Notes under the pieces: generated by a model
The model's database searches: none
Told to the model about the DNA's origin: nothing
The model's input: only the letters and a program-made list of their open reading frames with translations
Shown here: piece after piece, positions 62,855 to 64,000 of the stretch
How positions within the stretch are numbered: the first letter of the stretch is position 1
How the letters are laid out: each line of letters begins with the position of its first letter
Made by a program: the position numbers and the translations under genes
Assembly: GCA_902560675.1 (NCBI GenBank)
Contig: CACEMP010000003.1
Span: 13,512-77,511 of the forward strand
Origin: an uncultured Alphaproteobacteria bacterium
GTDB lineage: Bacteria > Pseudomonadota > Alphaproteobacteria > HIMB59 > GCA-002718135
Direction of reading: 5' to 3'
Length of the DNA: 64,000 nt

Positions 62855-63856
62855 ATGATTAACTTTGCTTTATTGGGAACAGGAAGAATTGGGAAATTAC
62901 ATGCGTCAATTATAAATGCTCATCCAGAAGCGAACCTTAAATATGTTTATGATATTGATACAAACTCTGCCAAAAAAATTGCAAAAAAATATAAATGTGA
63001 AGTTGCAAGGACTGCAAAGGAAGCAATTTCTTCAGATCAAATTAATGCTATTTTAATTGCATCTGCCACACCGACTCATACAGATTATATTGCTTTAGGA
63101 GCAGAATTTAAGAAAGCTATATTTTGTGAAAAGCCAATTGATTTAGATATAAATAAAGTAAATAAATGTTGGCAAAAAATTAAAAAATATAAACCAACTA
63201 TTCAAATTGGTTTTAATCGAAGATTTGATCCTAATCATAATAAAGTTCAAAGTGATGTTCTATCAGGAAAGATTGGAAGCATTGAAATGATTGTAATCAC
63301 AAGTAGGGACCCTTCTCCACCTGGCATTGATTATTTAAAACAATCGGGGGGAATTTTTAGAGATTGTTCAATTCATGATTTTGATTTGGCACGATTTATT
63401 CTTAATGATGATCCAATTGTAGAAGTTTTTGCACAAGGTTCAGTAAATGTCTCAAATGATTTTAAGGTTACAAATGATTATGATACAACTATGTGTTTTA
63501 TGAAATCTAAAAAAGGGGTTTTAGTTCATATAAATAATTCAAGAAGAGCTGTATATGGTTATGATCAAAGACTCGAAGTATTTGGAAGTAATGGTATGCT
63601 AATTTCTGATAATGTACCTAATAATGATATTAATTATTATAATCAAAATTTATCCTTTGCAAAAAAACCTATTAAAAATTTTTTTATCGAAAGATATAAT
63701 GATGCTTATCAAATACAGTTAGATCAATTTATTAGATCAATGAGAAATAAAAAAAATACATTAGTCACTTTTGAGGACGGAAAGAATGCTTTAATTCTTG
63801 CTAATTCTGCTACTAAATCGGTTAAATCAAATAAAGTTGTAAAACCAAAATTTTAG
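62855..63856 (+). CDS. iolG: Inositol 2-dehydrogenase (Gfo/Idh/MocA family)
   Basis: GTGRIG..H, CEKP, GFNRRFDP, SRDP, SGGIFRDC.IHDFD, YGYDQRLEVFG, FFIERY. Confidence 0.82.
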   Translation: MINFALLGTGRIGKLHASIINAHPEANLKYVYDIDTNSAKKIAKKYKCEVARTAKEAISSDQINAILIASATPTHTDYIALGAEFKKAIFCEKPIDLDINKVNKCWQKIKKYKPTIQIGFNRRFDPNHNKVQSDVLSGKIGSIEMIVITSRDPSPPGIDYLKQSGGIFRDCSIHDFDLARFILNDDPIVEVFAQGSVNVSNDFKVTNDYDTTMCFMKSKKGVLVHINNSRRAVYGYDQRLEVFGSNGMLISDNVPNNDINYYNQNLSFAKKPIKNFFIERYNDAYQIQLDQFIRSMRNKKNTLVTFEDGKNALILANSATKSVKSNKVVKPKF

Positions 63857-63871
63857 TTATAGATAAATTTT

Positions 63872-64000
63872 ATGAATGAACAATTTAAAGATAAGGTCAT
63901 TATAGTTACAGGAAGTACACAGGGTAGTGGTGCTGAAACAGCTAGATTATTAGCTAGTAGAGGTGCTAAAGCAATTACAATTTGTGGTAGACAAGAAAAT
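63872..64000 (+). CDS. SDR oxidoreductase, 5' part (truncated by window end; absent from ORF track)
   Basis: Translates MNEQFKDKVIIVTGSTQGSGAETARLLASRGAKAITICGRQEN with a TGxxxGxG Rossmann motif. Confidence 0.8.
   Translation, partial: MNEQFKDKVIIVTGSTQGSGAETARLLASRGAKAITICGRQEN

Noticed and set aside
1-64000. CRISPR arrays, IS elements, prophage, rRNA, long tandem repeats, programmed frameshifts
   Set aside because: None seen; the window is almost fully tiled by intact ORFs and intergenic gaps are too short

Overview
This is an AT-rich, very compact chromosomal window from a streamlined marine-type alphaproteobacterium (SAR11/HIMB59-like gene order; the taxon is inferred, not proven). Positions 1-18.3 kb hold the 3' part of rpoC and the str-S10-spc-alpha ribosomal superoperon, which lacks tuf after fusA and lacks rpmD (L30). 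Positions 18.3-25.6 kb hold housekeeping genes (crcB, rluC-like, lipB, tRNA-Leu(GAG), mgtE, gshA, gshB, bioY, ROK kinase). Positions 25.6-64 kb are a catabolic region with no recognisable regulator, made of five parts: (i) an 8-gene operon joining an amidinotransferase, eutABC, an uncharacterised fold-type-II PLP enzyme, an M20 amidohydrolase, a metal-ligand-less M24 hydrolase and a Ser/Cys proline-racemase-family enzyme, followed by soxBDAG; (ii) a DUF3726-like / 553-aa hypothetical / non-canonical M19 hydrolase trio; (iii) a Pot-type ABC transporter with a D-amino-acid dehydrogenase; (iv) a TRAP plus gamma-glutamylation (ethanolamine-type) pathway; (v) sugar-acid/inositol genes. The best candidate for an undescribed system is the operon at 27067-35641. 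I saw no mobile elements, CRISPR arrays or rRNA. All calls come from motif recognition by eye; no searches were run.
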